Numbered from the stretch's first letter, positions 9,718-20,715 are shown. The stretch: 38,138 bases of DNA from Promethearchaeota archaeon (GCA_048940925.1 JBHLOC010000044.1:1-38138), one strand, 5' to 3'. Numbers and translations: made by a program. The notes: generated from the sequence alone by a model not told the origin.

Positions 9718-10506
9718 ATGTTTTTAGTTATACTTTTCTCTGGTTTAGCACTATTAATTTTTATGCATATTGCTTTTTTAGTCGGTTTAGCTAAAAAAAA
9801 TAATGCAATAGTCGATAGTTTTTATGGTTTAGGATTTATTGTAGTAGTATGGACAGCTTTTTTACTTATGGGCTCTTATACTCCAATGCAGATAATTACA
9901 ACCTCATTAGTTACACTCTGGGGATTTAGATTATTCTTTTATGTTACCATTAGAAATTGGGGAAAACCAGAAGATTATAGATATCAAGCTATGAGGAAAA
10001 GATGGGGAGAAAAAGTAATACCTAAAAGTTATACCCAGATTTATTTGTTTCAAGGTCTAATTATCTTTCTAGTAGTTTTTCCCGCATTATTCATAAATGT
10101 GAGTGAAAATGTTGCTCTAAATTGGTTTTTTATAATTGGTCTCGTCATTTGGGCAATTGGTTTTTACTTTGAAACAATTGGAGATTATCAACTTTATAAA
10201 TTCAAGAAAAACCCTGATAATAAAGGAAAAATTTTAGATCAAGGATTATGGAAATATACACAGCATCCTAATTATTTTGGCGAAGTGACAATGTGGTGGG
10301 GAATTTTTATTATTGCTCTTTTCGTTCCATTCGGATATATAACTGTTTTTGGGCCTATATTGATTACATTCATGATTATTAAAGTCTCAGGAATTCGACT
10401 GCTTGATAAACATTTTGAAAAAGATGATAAATATGCTGATTACAAAAGAAGAACAAGTGTTTTTTTCCCTTGGTTTCCAAAAAAGACTAAATATTTAGAT
10501 GAATGA
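9718..10506 (+). CDS. DUF1295 / steroid 5-alpha-reductase-like membrane protein
   Basis: Multiple transmembrane segments plus EDYRY, ETIGDYQL, GLWKYTQHPNYFGE..MWWG and Y..YKRRTSVFFPW. Confidence 0.9.
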   Translation: MFLVILFSGLALLIFMHIAFLVGLAKKNNAIVDSFYGLGFIVVVWTAFLLMGSYTPMQIITTSLVTLWGFRLFFYVTIRNWGKPEDYRYQAMRKRWGEKVIPKSYTQIYLFQGLIIFLVVFPALFINVSENVALNWFFIIGLVIWAIGFYFETIGDYQLYKFKKNPDNKGKILDQGLWKYTQHPNYFGEVTMWWGIFIIALFVPFGYITVFGPILITFMIIKVSGIRLLDKHFEKDDKYADYKRRTSVFFPWFPKKTKYLDE

Positions 10507-10550
10507 AATAAATTTTTAATTAAAATTAATTAATCCTACTTTTTTTAAGA

Positions 10551-12182
10551 TTGATAGCTAACGATTTTGATAGTAATTTACAACAATATTTTTTCAAATA
10601 TTTTTCAGATATTGAGACTGTAGATTGGAAAAATTGGCTAAAAGTTAATTCTCGAGAAGAATATCAAGAATTAGCTTTAAAATTGTCTGGTTTAAAAGAA
10701 TTAGAAAATTTATATGGCAAGTTACAGCATGAAAAGACTAATTCAAGAGACTTCTCAATTCAGATTAATTCATTCATAAAAAATTATGAAGGAAATGATC
10801 CTTTAGTATTTTGCCATACATCAGGATCTACAAATAGTAATATAGCTGGGTTAAAATGGTTCTTCTTTTCAAAACCGTTAATTCAGCGACTATGGGCTCC
10901 AGGTATGCGAGCAATTTTTGAATCCAGCGGATTAACTACTAATAATTCTGCTATTATCTTTGTTCCTTCCAGAATGAGTACAGATGGCTTAAATCAAATA
11001 GCTGAAAGAAGATATATTTCTTTATATTCCTCTGAATTCTCTCAGAGAATCATGCTTTCTTTAATTAAACCTAAAAATTATCTTTTTTATGAATATAAAA
11101 ATTCAAGAAATATTGAAATAATTTCAAAAATATTAGATATGGATAATATATCTATTATCTCAGCCCCAGCACTCACAGTTTTAAACTGGGCTGATATAAA
11201 TAAATTTAAATATGGATTACAGAAATCCATCAGTTCAAATTCCAACAAAGAGGAATTAATGTCAAATACTACTTTTAAATTGATTAAAAGCAAAGGTCTT
11301 GATGCTGCAGCTAAAGCTATCCAAACAAGGCTTTCTAATAAACTATCTAATTCTACTCTTATATTTAGCATAACTTCATTATCGAAATCAAAATGGTCAT
11401 TATTAGCTAAATTTATGAACTGGAAAAAAGGAAAAGAAAAATTTACTAATCTTTATGTAGGTTCTGAAATTGGTCCTTTTGCCTCTAGTCTATCCTATGA
11501 TATCGCCCGTTCAAATCTAATGCATGTATTTCCCTTAACAATCCCCGTTATTGAATATAAGGGGAAAAGAAATTTAATCACTCAAACTACTGATAAAAGA
11601 GGCAATCTTTTGATATCTAGATTTGATAATGCCAAACCATTGCTTAATATTGATACAGGAGACATTATTTCAGTACAAATTAATGATAAAATCCCTTTAA
11701 TTAAAGGAGAAATATTAAGAAATAACTTTCAACTAAAATATCCTTTAAAAATATCTAAGAAAGTTAGAAAACCTTCTATATATGAAATTTTTGCAGGAGA
11801 TTTTTTTTCATTTAAAGAATTTGAGTTAGTCGATCCAAAGAATTTGTTAAGATGCTTGAAAAGTAAATGTGGGTTACAAAATGATTCTTTATTACTAATA
11901 AAATCGGAAAGTGAAAATAGAACTTGGAAGTTGATACTCCCCGCTAATATAAATACAATATGTAAGACAAAAGAAGATTATTTAACTCAATTTTTTAATT
12001 GTCCTCATGAAAAGAGTTTTCAACAAGCTATTAAAGAAAATAATATAGAATTAGAGTTAATAGATGACAGTCCTATTGATTTTTTAGCTTCCAGAGAAAA
12101 AATAGTTTCAAAAGTGCGACGAGGACAAATTCCTAAAGGAATTTTGAAAAAATGGCCAATTTATATTGTTGTTCCATCTTAA
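10551..12182 (+). CDS. Divergent ANL-superfamily adenylating enzyme (GH3/PaaK-like)
   Basis: P-loop-like CHTSGST, NLYVGSEIG (YxxxE) and IDTGDII motifs. TTG start. Confidence 0.6.
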   Translation: MIANDFDSNLQQYFFKYFSDIETVDWKNWLKVNSREEYQELALKLSGLKELENLYGKLQHEKTNSRDFSIQINSFIKNYEGNDPLVFCHTSGSTNSNIAGLKWFFFSKPLIQRLWAPGMRAIFESSGLTTNNSAIIFVPSRMSTDGLNQIAERRYISLYSSEFSQRIMLSLIKPKNYLFYEYKNSRNIEIISKILDMDNISIISAPALTVLNWADINKFKYGLQKSISSNSNKEELMSNTTFKLIKSKGLDAAAKAIQTRLSNKLSNSTLIFSITSLSKSKWSLLAKFMNWKKGKEKFTNLYVGSEIGPFASSLSYDIARSNLMHVFPLTIPVIEYKGKRNLITQTTDKRGNLLISRFDNAKPLLNIDTGDIISVQINDKIPLIKGEILRNNFQLKYPLKISKKVRKPSIYEIFAGDFFSFKEFELVDPKNLLRCLKSKCGLQNDSLLLIKSESENRTWKLILPANINTICKTKEDYLTQFFNCPHEKSFQQAIKENNIELELIDDSPIDFLASREKIVSKVRRGQIPKGILKKWPIYIVVPS

Positions 12183-12622
12183 ATTTTATTGAAATAGAAA
12201 TTATACTTATTTAAGTGAATAAACCAGAAATCCCTTTAATGTAATATTTAATTAAGATTTCTATATTGGAACCAACTCATTCATCCTTTTTATTTTTAAT
12301 CAATAAGTAGATTACAATTCTAATATAAACTTCAAATAATTTTGTTTTATAAGGCTCAATAAAAGATTGATTGATTTTGGATTATTTTAATAAAAGTTAA
12401 TATACTATAAACCATTTTTTGATATTCTATTTAACTCATTATTAATATATGATTGAATTAAACCAATATACAAGAATCTGAAATAAAAAATTATATTTTA
12501 TTAATTAATGATGCTAAATCCATATAATTAACAAAAAAGCTTATTTAATGCTTAATAGAACATAAAAGACAATTTGAAATTCTTTCTTATTTGTTAAATT
12601 AGTAACTTAGGGTGTTAAATAA

Positions 12623-14680
12623 ATGAATTCATTAAAAAAAGAAAAAAGCCCATATTTATTACAACATGCTGAAAATCCAGTAGAGTGGTTTCCCTGGGGA
12701 CAAAAAGCATTTAATAAAGCTAAAAATGAAAATAAACCGATCTTTTTGTCAATTGGTTATTCTACTTGCCATTGGTGTCATGTTATGGCCCATGAATCTT
12801 TCGAAGATCTTGAAGTAGCAGACCTAATGAATGAAGTATTTATTTCGATCAAAGTTGATAGAGAGGAACGTCCTGACATTGATAAAACTTATATGACAGT
12901 ATGTCAAATGATGACAGGTTCAGGAGGGTGGCCACTTACTATAATTATGACCCCAGAGAAAAAGCCATTTTTAGCGGGGACATATTTTCCAAAACACTCA
13001 AGATTCGGACGAATAGGGCTTATTCAATTAATTAAACAAGTAAGAGATCTATGGAATAATGAACGAGACAAAGTAATTAATTCTGCTGAACAAATCACAT
13101 TTAGTCTTCAGAATGTTGACCAAGAATCCCCAGGAGACCCATTTAATGAGAAAACTCTTAGAAAATCATATCAAGGACTATTAAGGCAATATGATGATGT
13201 CAATGGTGGTTTTGGTAATCGTCCAAAATTCCCAACTCCTCATAATTTAGTATTTTTACTTAGATATTGGAAACGAACGAGAGATGAAAAAGCTTTAGAA
13301 ATGGTTGAAAAAACCCTTCAAGCAATGAGGAAAGGTGGTATTTATGATCATATTGGATTAGGATTTCATAGATATTCAACTGATTCAAACTGGCTTGTTC
13401 CTCATTTTGAGAAAATGATTTATGACCAAGCATTAATAGCAATTGCCTATATTGAAGCTTATCAAGCAACTAAAAATATCAAATACAAAAAGATTGCTGA
13501 AGAAATTTTTACTTATGTTCTAAGGGACATGACTTCAACTGAGGGTGGCTTTTTTTCAGCTGAAGATGCTGATAGTGAAGGTGAAGAAGGAAAATTTTAT
13601 GTTTGGTCTGAAGAAGAATTAGAACAAATACTTAATAAAGAAGATTTCGATTTAGTCGTTAAATTCTTTAATATAGAAACCAATGGAAATTATCTGGAAG
13701 AAGCTACAGGGAAAAACACAGGTAAAAACATATTGCATCTTAAAGAATATCCAACAGAAGAAATATCAGATGATTTAGAAAACATAAGGAAAAAAATTTT
13801 TAAAATAAGGGAACAAAGAATATATCCACACAAAGATGACAAAATATTAACTGATTGGAATGGATTAATGATCGCTGCTTTAGCTAAAGCTGGAAGTGTC
13901 TTCAATAATACAGAATATTTAAAAGCAGCTAAAAAATCAGCTAGTTTTATATTAGAAAGGCTAATAAAATCAGATGGTAAACTATTGCACCGTTATCGTG
14001 AAGGTATTTCGGAAATCGAGGGATTCATAACAGATTATACGTTTCTTATTTGGGGATTAATTGAATTGTATGAGGCAACTTTTGATATCTATTATTTAAA
14101 AACAGCGTTGGATTTACATAATATACAGTTAGATCTTTTCTGGGATAATAATATTGGTGGATTCTACTTTACTGCTAATGATGGTGAGGAATTATTATAC
14201 AGACAAAAAGAGATCTATGATGGTGCTCTCCCCTCAGGAAATTCTGTTGCTATGTTAAACTTGCTTCGATTAAGTTATATTACAGGGAATCATCATTTAG
14301 AAGAAAAAGCGGACATCTTAAGTAGAATTTTTGCCGACAAGATAAAGGGCATGCCATTTGCTTATACTTATTTTATGATAGCTGTTGATTTTGCGATTGG
14401 ACCGACATACTCATTAGTGGTTGCTGGAGATACAGATTCAGAAGATACAAATGATTTAATACGTACTGTCTCAAATGAATATATACCCAATAAAGTTATA
14501 ATACTTAGAAAAACCGAACAAAAAGAACCAGATATTGATACTTACTCAAACTTTGTAGAATTTTTTATTAAACTTGAAAATCAAGCAACTGGTTATGTGT
14601 GCATAAATAAGACTTGTAAACCACCTACAGCCGATAAACAAAAAATTTTAACCTATTTAAATGCAGAATGGAAAAAATAA
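12623..14680 (+). CDS. Thioredoxin-domain protein YyaL/SSP411 (DUF255 + six-hairpin glycosidase-like)
   Basis: [44 protein letters not shown] and [13 protein letters not shown] motifs. Confidence 0.92.
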   Translation: MNSLKKEKSPYLLQHAENPVEWFPWGQKAFNKAKNENKPIFLSIGYSTCHWCHVMAHESFEDLEVADLMNEVFISIKVDREERPDIDKTYMTVCQMMTGSGGWPLTIIMTPEKKPFLAGTYFPKHSRFGRIGLIQLIKQVRDLWNNERDKVINSAEQITFSLQNVDQESPGDPFNEKTLRKSYQGLLRQYDDVNGGFGNRPKFPTPHNLVFLLRYWKRTRDEKALEMVEKTLQAMRKGGIYDHIGLGFHRYSTDSNWLVPHFEKMIYDQALIAIAYIEAYQATKNIKYKKIAEEIFTYVLRDMTSTEGGFFSAEDADSEGEEGKFYVWSEEELEQILNKEDFDLVVKFFNIETNGNYLEEATGKNTGKNILHLKEYPTEEISDDLENIRKKIFKIREQRIYPHKDDKILTDWNGLMIAALAKAGSVFNNTEYLKAAKKSASFILERLIKSDGKLLHRYREGISEIEGFITDYTFLIWGLIELYEATFDIYYLKTALDLHNIQLDLFWDNNIGGFYFTANDGEELLYRQKEIYDGALPSGNSVAMLNLLRLSYITGNHHLEEKADILSRIFADKIKGMPFAYTYFMIAVDFAIGPTYSLVVAGDTDSEDTNDLIRTVSNEYIPNKVIILRKTEQKEPDIDTYSNFVEFFIKLENQATGYVCINKTCKPPTADKQKILTYLNAEWKK

Positions 14681-14693
14681 ATTAAGATTAGAC

Positions 14694-15170
14694 TTACCAA
14701 CTTTTTTTAAATTTTTTATTAGGTCCCAATTCTTTTATTATATTTGTAGCCTTTTTAACCAAAGTTGCAAAACGCTCTCCTTCGGCAGCAGAAGCCCACA
14801 TAAAATTAACTCTCCCGGGTTCAATCCCAAAGAATTCCAGAAGCTCTTTCAATATTGCAAAACGTCTTCGAGCTACTAGATTTCCACTAATATAGTGGCA
14901 GTCTCCAGGATGACATCCTGAGACAAGAACGCCATCCCATCCATCCGTCAGACTTTTTATAATAAAATAGGGATTAACTCTTCCAGAACAGGGAACTCTG
15001 ACAATTCTTATATTCGGTGGATATTGGATTCTACTAACTCCAGCTAAATCTGCTCCGGCATATGAACACCAATTACATAAGAAAGCAATGATTTTTGGTT
15101 CCCATTTTTCAGAAATTTCTTTTTGTTCTGTTTGGGTTAATAGTTTACTTATTTTTACAACCTCCCGCAT
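14694..15170 (-). CDS. mvhD: Hydrogenase iron-sulfur subunit MvhD
   Basis: FLCNWCSYAGADLAG, RVPCSGR, GCHPGDCHY and WASAAEG motifs. The start is uncertain (ATG overlapping hdrA, or a downstream ATA behind GGAGGT). Confidence 0.93.
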   Translation of the reverse strand: MREVVKISKLLTQTEQKEISEKWEPKIIAFLCNWCSYAGADLAGVSRIQYPPNIRIVRVPCSGRVNPYFIIKSLTDGWDGVLVSGCHPGDCHYISGNLVARRRFAILKELLEFFGIEPGRVNFMWASAAEGERFATLVKKATNIIKELGPNKKFKKSW

Positions 15171-17173
15171 ATGATAGAATAAATTTGCTCAGATGTAAAT
15201 CCCTTGATATCTATAGCGGAACATCTACAATTACCAGAACAAGCGCCGCAACCCTTGCATAAAGCTTCGTTAATTTGAGCTACTGTTCCAAATCTTCGAT
15301 CCTCAATAAGTTCAATTGCTCCATAAGCACAATTTTCAACACACATACCACACCCGATACATCTTTCAGGATTAACAACGCCAAAAAAGGGTTCTACTTC
15401 TACTTCTCCTTGTGACATTAATGCTGCTGCACCTGAAGCCGCTCCTTTTGCTTGTGATACTGAATCTGGAATATCTTTTGGTCCCTGGGCAACACCCGCG
15501 ATGAAAATACCATCTGTCAAAGTGTCTACAGGTCTTAATTTTGGATGTGCTTCTAAAAAGAATCCATCTGCTGACTTTTGAATCCTTAATAAGGAAGTAA
15601 TTGTATCAGCATCTGCTCGTGGTTCTAAACCACATGATAATACAAATAAATCGACCTTTAATTCAATAGGTTGTTGAAGTAAAGTATCTTCAGATCTAAT
15701 AATAATATTGTGATCTTTATCTTCACTAACTTCTGCAATTCTCCCTCTTACATAATTAATCCCATAATTTCGACCAGCAGATTCGTAAAATTCTTCATAT
15801 CCTTTTCCAAAAGCTCGAATATCCATGTAAAAAATATATACATCTGCATCAGGATGTTTTTCTTTATATTGTCTTGCTTGTTTGGTCGCATACATACAAC
15901 ATACTCTTGAACAATATTGATTTCCTCCTTCTCTAAAATTCCTGCTTCCTACACATTGAAGGAATGCAATACTATGTGGTGCCTTAAGATCTGAGGGTCT
16001 TATCGGTTTTCCTAAGACTGGACCAAAAGAGCTTAATAATCGTTCCATTTGAAGCCCCGTGATAACATTTGGATATCTTCCATACCCATATTGTTTTAGT
16101 TCAGTAGGATCGTATAAATCCCATCCTGTTGCGACTATAATTGTTCCTACTTTAATTTTAAGATATTCTGGTTCATCATCAAAATTTATAGCTTCAGGCT
16201 CGCATACATCAGTTCTTGCACAAATTCCACACTTAATACAATTATCCATATCGATTGTATATTGTCCTGGAATCGCTTGAGGGAAGGGAATATAAATTGC
16301 TTTTCGTGAGGCTAAGCCAAGTTCAAATTCATTTCCTACAACAACAGGACAATAATCAACGCATATGCCACAACCAGTGCATTTTTCTTGATCCACATAA
16401 TGTGGCTTTTTCAATATGGTGACTTCAAAGTTACCTATGTATCCTGATACATCTACTACCTCTGAATATGTTAAAAGTTCTATATTTTTTTCACGTGAGA
16501 TTTCTGACATTTTAGGTGTGAGAATACATGAGCTACAATCCATTGTGGGGAAAGTCTTGTCTAGTTGAGCCATATGACCACCTATTGTAGGAGTTTTTTC
16601 TACTAAATATACCTTATAACCCTCAGTTGCAAGATCTAACGCTGCATTCATTCCTGCTATACCCGCTCCTATAATTAAACACGAAGGTTCTACTTTTACC
16701 TTTTGTACTTCTAATGGTATTAATTGTCTTGATTTCGCGACAGCCATTCTAATATGATCTTTTGCGGTTTCAAATGCACCTTCTGGTTCTCTCATGTGTA
16801 CCCATGTGGAATGCTCTCTAATATTAGCCATCTCAAATAAAAATTGATTCAATCCAGCTTCTTTACATGTAATTCTAAAAGTTGGTTCATGCATTCTTGG
16901 AGAACATGCAGCAACTATTACTCTATTCACTAATCCTGCTTCAATATCTTCTTTAATCATTTTTTGTCCTACATCAGAACACATAAATTTGTATTCTCTA
17001 GCTATTTCAACATTAGGAAGCGTTTTCGCATATTCTACTAAATCTGGAACTGACACTACTCCGCCAATATTTATCCCGCAATGACATACATATACCCCAA
17101 TTCTAGGTCTTTCATTACCCGTAACTATAATTTCCTTTTTGGTTTCTTGAATTTCTTTTTTAGCTTCTGTCAT
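15155..17173 (-). CDS. hdrA: Heterodisulfide reductase subunit A
   Basis: GVYVCHCGINI, ACSPRMHE, IIGAGIAG, DKTFPTMDCSSCI, QCVGSR..YCSRVCC, GPKDIPD and several CxxCxxC ferredoxin motifs. Confidence 0.96.
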   Translation of the reverse strand: MTEAKKEIQETKKEIIVTGNERPRIGVYVCHCGINIGGVVSVPDLVEYAKTLPNVEIAREYKFMCSDVGQKMIKEDIEAGLVNRVIVAACSPRMHEPTFRITCKEAGLNQFLFEMANIREHSTWVHMREPEGAFETAKDHIRMAVAKSRQLIPLEVQKVKVEPSCLIIGAGIAGMNAALDLATEGYKVYLVEKTPTIGGHMAQLDKTFPTMDCSSCILTPKMSEISREKNIELLTYSEVVDVSGYIGNFEVTILKKPHYVDQEKCTGCGICVDYCPVVVGNEFELGLASRKAIYIPFPQAIPGQYTIDMDNCIKCGICARTDVCEPEAINFDDEPEYLKIKVGTIIVATGWDLYDPTELKQYGYGRYPNVITGLQMERLLSSFGPVLGKPIRPSDLKAPHSIAFLQCVGSRNFREGGNQYCSRVCCMYATKQARQYKEKHPDADVYIFYMDIRAFGKGYEEFYESAGRNYGINYVRGRIAEVSEDKDHNIIIRSEDTLLQQPIELKVDLFVLSCGLEPRADADTITSLLRIQKSADGFFLEAHPKLRPVDTLTDGIFIAGVAQGPKDIPDSVSQAKGAASGAAALMSQGEVEVEPFFGVVNPERCIGCGMCVENCAYGAIELIEDRRFGTVAQINEALCKGCGACSGNCRCSAIDIKGFTSEQIYSIICGRL

Positions 17174-17183
17174 TGGTTTACAC

Positions 17184-18149
17184 CTATATTAATTGTTCTT
17201 TCACAATATTTAAGAATGGATCAATGGAAATGAAAGGAGAAACACCTTGTAATTCATGATTTTTTATTAATCCTAATAGAGTAGGATCCATTCCAAAAGC
17301 TACTCCTAAAAGCTGAGTTATATATATTACAGGGATATGAAACGGTTCTCCAATTACGTCTCCATAAAAATTATTTACATCCATTTGGCCCAAGTCTAAC
17401 TGTAAATGACAGAAAGGGCAGCAATTTATAATAACATCTACTCCTGCATCTCTCATATTTACCAATTTTTCACGCGTAAAATCTGCCGCAACTTCTTTAA
17501 CAGCAGTTCTTACAGCTCCTCCAGCTCCGCAACACATATATTTATCTTTATAATCTATGCTTTTTGCTCCTGTAATTTCAACAATCTCATCAAGAAATCT
17601 AGGAGCTTCATATTCCCCATTCCAGGGACGCTTATCACTTGGTTTTACAATATGACAACCATAATGAACAGCTACCTTTAAATCTGAAAATTTAAGTTTT
17701 ATGAAATCCTTTAAATAATCTAATCCCATATCAAGATATAAAGCTTGAACAATATGCTTAGGTTCAAGATTTCCTGAATAAGTACGACCAACTTTAGCAA
17801 GATATTCATTAACTTCTTTCTTTTTTTCATAATCATGTTCCAGTTCATACCACGCATCTCTAAGAGTCCCGTAACAACCATTGCAACCGGTAATTGGACT
17901 TACTCCGAGTTCTTCTGCGATAGATATATTTCTAGCTGCAATAACGAGCCACGTTGGAATATGAAATGCTCTAAACACGCCTGGGGCTGGACAACATGAA
18001 GCACCAGGCAGATCTAACAGTTCTGCATCAAGATAATCAAAGACATTCCTTATTGAAACCTCGATCATAGGATAGCGATTAGGAATTACACATCCTAAAA
18101 AGAATCCATATCGCCATTTGTATTCTTTACTCTCACTCATTTTTCTCAT
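17184..18149 (-). CDS. hdrB: Heterodisulfide reductase subunit B
   Basis: FLGCVIPNRYP, SCCPAPG, CNGCYGTL, HYGCH, CCGAGG and CPFCHLQLD (two CCG domains). The start may be at 18140. Confidence 0.95.
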   Translation of the reverse strand: MRKMSESKEYKWRYGFFLGCVIPNRYPMIEVSIRNVFDYLDAELLDLPGASCCPAPGVFRAFHIPTWLVIAARNISIAEELGVSPITGCNGCYGTLRDAWYELEHDYEKKKEVNEYLAKVGRTYSGNLEPKHIVQALYLDMGLDYLKDFIKLKFSDLKVAVHYGCHIVKPSDKRPWNGEYEAPRFLDEIVEITGAKSIDYKDKYMCCGAGGAVRTAVKEVAADFTREKLVNMRDAGVDVIINCCPFCHLQLDLGQMDVNNFYGDVIGEPFHIPVIYITQLLGVAFGMDPTLLGLIKNHELQGVSPFISIDPFLNIVKEQLI

Positions 18150-18738
18150 TTTCCTCCTCTGCTTTTGCTCTCTCTTTTTTTACTTTTTCAGCATGATCTA
18201 ATAATTCTCTAAATCCAACAGCTTTCATCAAACTCTGGCATTCTTTTAAAGCCTCTGGGAAAGAGTGAACTGTTGGTGGTAAAGGAGGCAATCCGTAGGA
18301 TTCTCTTAAGGCTCTCCATTGTTTATTATTTTCACCAGTTGCGGGTACACCATGTCCAGTTGCATAAAAGATATTATTAGCTAATCCAAAATGATTATCT
18401 AAGATAAAGCCTTCTTCAACTGCGATATTTCTAAGTTTAATAATCATATCTGTAACAGGAATATTTCTTGGACATCTTTCATAGCAATAATAACAAGTTG
18501 AACATAACCAAATATCAATATCTTGCAAAACTGATTCATCCCCAGTTAATGCACGACGGATTGCAGACCGTGTTCTATATGCTGTGCGACGTCCACTTGG
18601 GCAACTACCAGTACAAGTTCCGCAGTTGATACATGCCCTGATTTTTTCTAAACCTGCATCAACGAATTTTTGAACAATCCGAGAGCTTGTAGATTTGTAG
18701 ACTTTTCTTTTAATATATTTTTCTACATTATCACTCAT
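18133..18738 (-). CDS. hdrC: Heterodisulfide reductase subunit C
   Basis: CINCGTCTGSCPSGRRT and WLCSTCYYCYERCPR motifs. Overlaps the hdrB start. Confidence 0.95.
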   Translation of the reverse strand: MSDNVEKYIKRKVYKSTSSRIVQKFVDAGLEKIRACINCGTCTGSCPSGRRTAYRTRSAIRRALTGDESVLQDIDIWLCSTCYYCYERCPRNIPVTDMIIKLRNIAVEEGFILDNHFGLANNIFYATGHGVPATGENNKQWRALRESYGLPPLPPTVHSFPEALKECQSLMKAVGFRELLDHAEKVKKERAKAEEENEKNE

Positions 18739-18765
18739 AATTCATTCGAATCTCATTTATAATTA

Positions 18766-18827
18766 GCAAATTGATTTGCAATTTTGTAAAAAAACAAGGT
18801 GTTTGCTTTTACGTGTTTGATCAAACA
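18766..18827. promoter_or_regulatory. Cluster of inverted repeats upstream of hdrC (candidate operators or leader structure)
   Basis: Perfect 14-bp palindrome TGTTTGATCAAACA (18814-18827), AAACA-AGG-TGTTT (18792-18804) and GCAAAT-TG-ATTTGC (18766-18779). Confidence 0.45.
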
Positions 18828-19009
18828 AATGATAATCTTAAATGAGAAAAAGTATATTTATTAAAAAAATTTGTTATCGATATTTAATAACCAAATTTGT
18901 TCTATTTATTATTACATATATTTTATTTATTTATAAGGAAGTAGAGCTGGGAAATTATATTCAATTGTATGCCAATTTTAAGCAACGTAATTTGATCATT
19001 ATAAAGGAT

Positions 19010-19258
19010 TTAGTTTTCTTCAACTTTGAGCCCATATTGCTTAAGCAACTCATTGATATATTTAGTCTGTTTATATTTTGGAAGAAAAGCCAATTCTTTT
19101 TTTATTTTTTTTTTCTTTTCTTTGGAAATATTTAAATTATCTAATTGTTCTCTAACTCTTTTAGATAAAACTGTATATATTCTTGAAAAATATTTCTTAA
19201 CTTCCGGTATTTCTTCCAATTTATTATCATTTAATTCATTTTTTATATTTATCACCAT
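19010..19258 (-). CDS. Small hypothetical helical protein, 82 aa
   Basis: ATG-started ORF with protein-like charged composition, in the same orientation as its neighbours. Confidence 0.6.
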   Translation of the reverse strand: MVINIKNELNDNKLEEIPEVKKYFSRIYTVLSKRVREQLDNLNISKEKKKKIKKELAFLPKYKQTKYINELLKQYGLKVEEN

Positions 19259-19536
19259 ACAATTTAAAAAAATCCAAAAATATTTCTTATAATTGGAATT
19301 TTTTTAAAATTACAATTCTTCTAAGAATTAAAAATAATAAAACCCTAATAAAAAATTAGGAGTCCAGTTCTTCTAGGTTATTTTAAGTTTATATTCATGA
19401 AATTAAAATTATATTTTTGTTTCTCATTTTTATTATGATGTGATATTAGATTAAGTGTATGTCCTTGATTATTCAAAAAGTAGAAATAATAAATTATAAA
19501 AAATTTGTATGTTAAAAGTCTAAATTTATGATGAAA

Positions 19537-20271
19537 TTATAATTGTCTCAATATATTCTCAAATTCCATCTCAGAGATAAATCCTTTATGTGCTAAGACT
19601 TCTCTAACCTCTTTTAATAATTTCGGGATATTAATGGCTTTTAGCATCTGGGCTCCTAATTCCAGATTTCTTGTCTTTAAATCTGAAATCATACTTTCAT
19701 TATCTTTTATTCTTTTTTCATACTCCTCTTTGATATTCACAATATCTGTCACTTCACTTTTCATTGATTCTATTTTTTTCTCTTTTTCAGTAATCATGGC
19801 CTCTTTCTCATTGATCTCGACTTCCAACTCATTTTTTATTGAATCTAATTCCTTCTCTTTCTCGGCAAGTTTCGTTTCTAAAGTATTTTTTATTGATTCA
19901 AATTGTTTTTCTTTAGCTTCTGTTTGATTTTTATAATTGTTATATTCGGTTATTTTAACCTCTTTATCTTTTATTATTTGTTCTAATTCTTTTACTTTTT
20001 CAGTGTGGATTTTCAAATCATTTTCTAATTTCCGGTTATATACTTTTAGTTCTTCAAAAACAGTTTTGGTAGAATTAAATTCTTCTTTTAAATTATCTAA
20101 TTCTTCATTTGATTTTTCTAAAGCATCATTTGCTTTTTGAGTATTCTCTCTATAACTAATAATACTCTTTTCTAAATCAGAATCTTTAGCACGCAGATTT
20201 AGAAGATATTTACCTTCAATTTTAAAAATTCTTTCGGGTTCTTCTTCAACTTTTGCCCAATCAATGCTGAT
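19537..20271 (-). CDS. Coiled-coil protein, about 244 aa, probably starting at ATC
   Basis: The frame is open well upstream of the track's TTG (20016), back to a TGA at 20280-20278. ATC at 20271 lies 6 nt after GAGGTGA and gives (M)SIDWAKVEEEPERIFKIEGKYLLNLR. The body is E/K-rich with heptad character. Confidence 0.75.
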   Translation of the reverse strand: MSIDWAKVEEEPERIFKIEGKYLLNLRAKDSDLEKSIISYRENTQKANDALEKSNEELDNLKEEFNSTKTVFEELKVYNRKLENDLKIHTEKVKELEQIIKDKEVKITEYNNYKNQTEAKEKQFESIKNTLETKLAEKEKELDSIKNELEVEINEKEAMITEKEKKIESMKSEVTDIVNIKEEYEKRIKDNESMISDLKTRNLELGAQMLKAINIPKLLKEVREVLAHKGFISEMEFENILRQL

Positions 20272-20715
20272 AGTATTTCACCTCTAAATTACTTTATTAA
20301 TTCAATATTTAAGAATTTTAATATTAAGATCTTCTCAGAATTTAAATAATTATATCTTTTTTTTCCAAGTTATTATTAGAATAATTAAACTAAATGAATA
20401 ATTATTAATTTATTTTCCTTGAAATTCATATTAAATACTGATATATCACATTAAATTTTCTAAATAATATTAAATATTATTGATTCAGGTATCTTGCTTT
20501 TTCTCACTTTAAAATAAATTGATTTAAGACAGATGATATTAATGTTAGAGTCAATAGTTATCAATTTTTTAAACTTTATGATCTCCTATCTAGAAGAAGA
20601 TAAAATTAAAATAATTAAAAAAAGATGTAATTAGTAAAGATTCACTGATTAAAAGTTTTAAATAATTATCTATAAAAAATTGTATTGATATTTAAATAAT
20701 CTTTGGGGGATTATT

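Noticed and set aside
12183-12622. 440-nt AT-rich intergenic region as ncRNA or pseudogene
   Set aside because: No GC-rich stems, repeats or convincing reading frame were seen.
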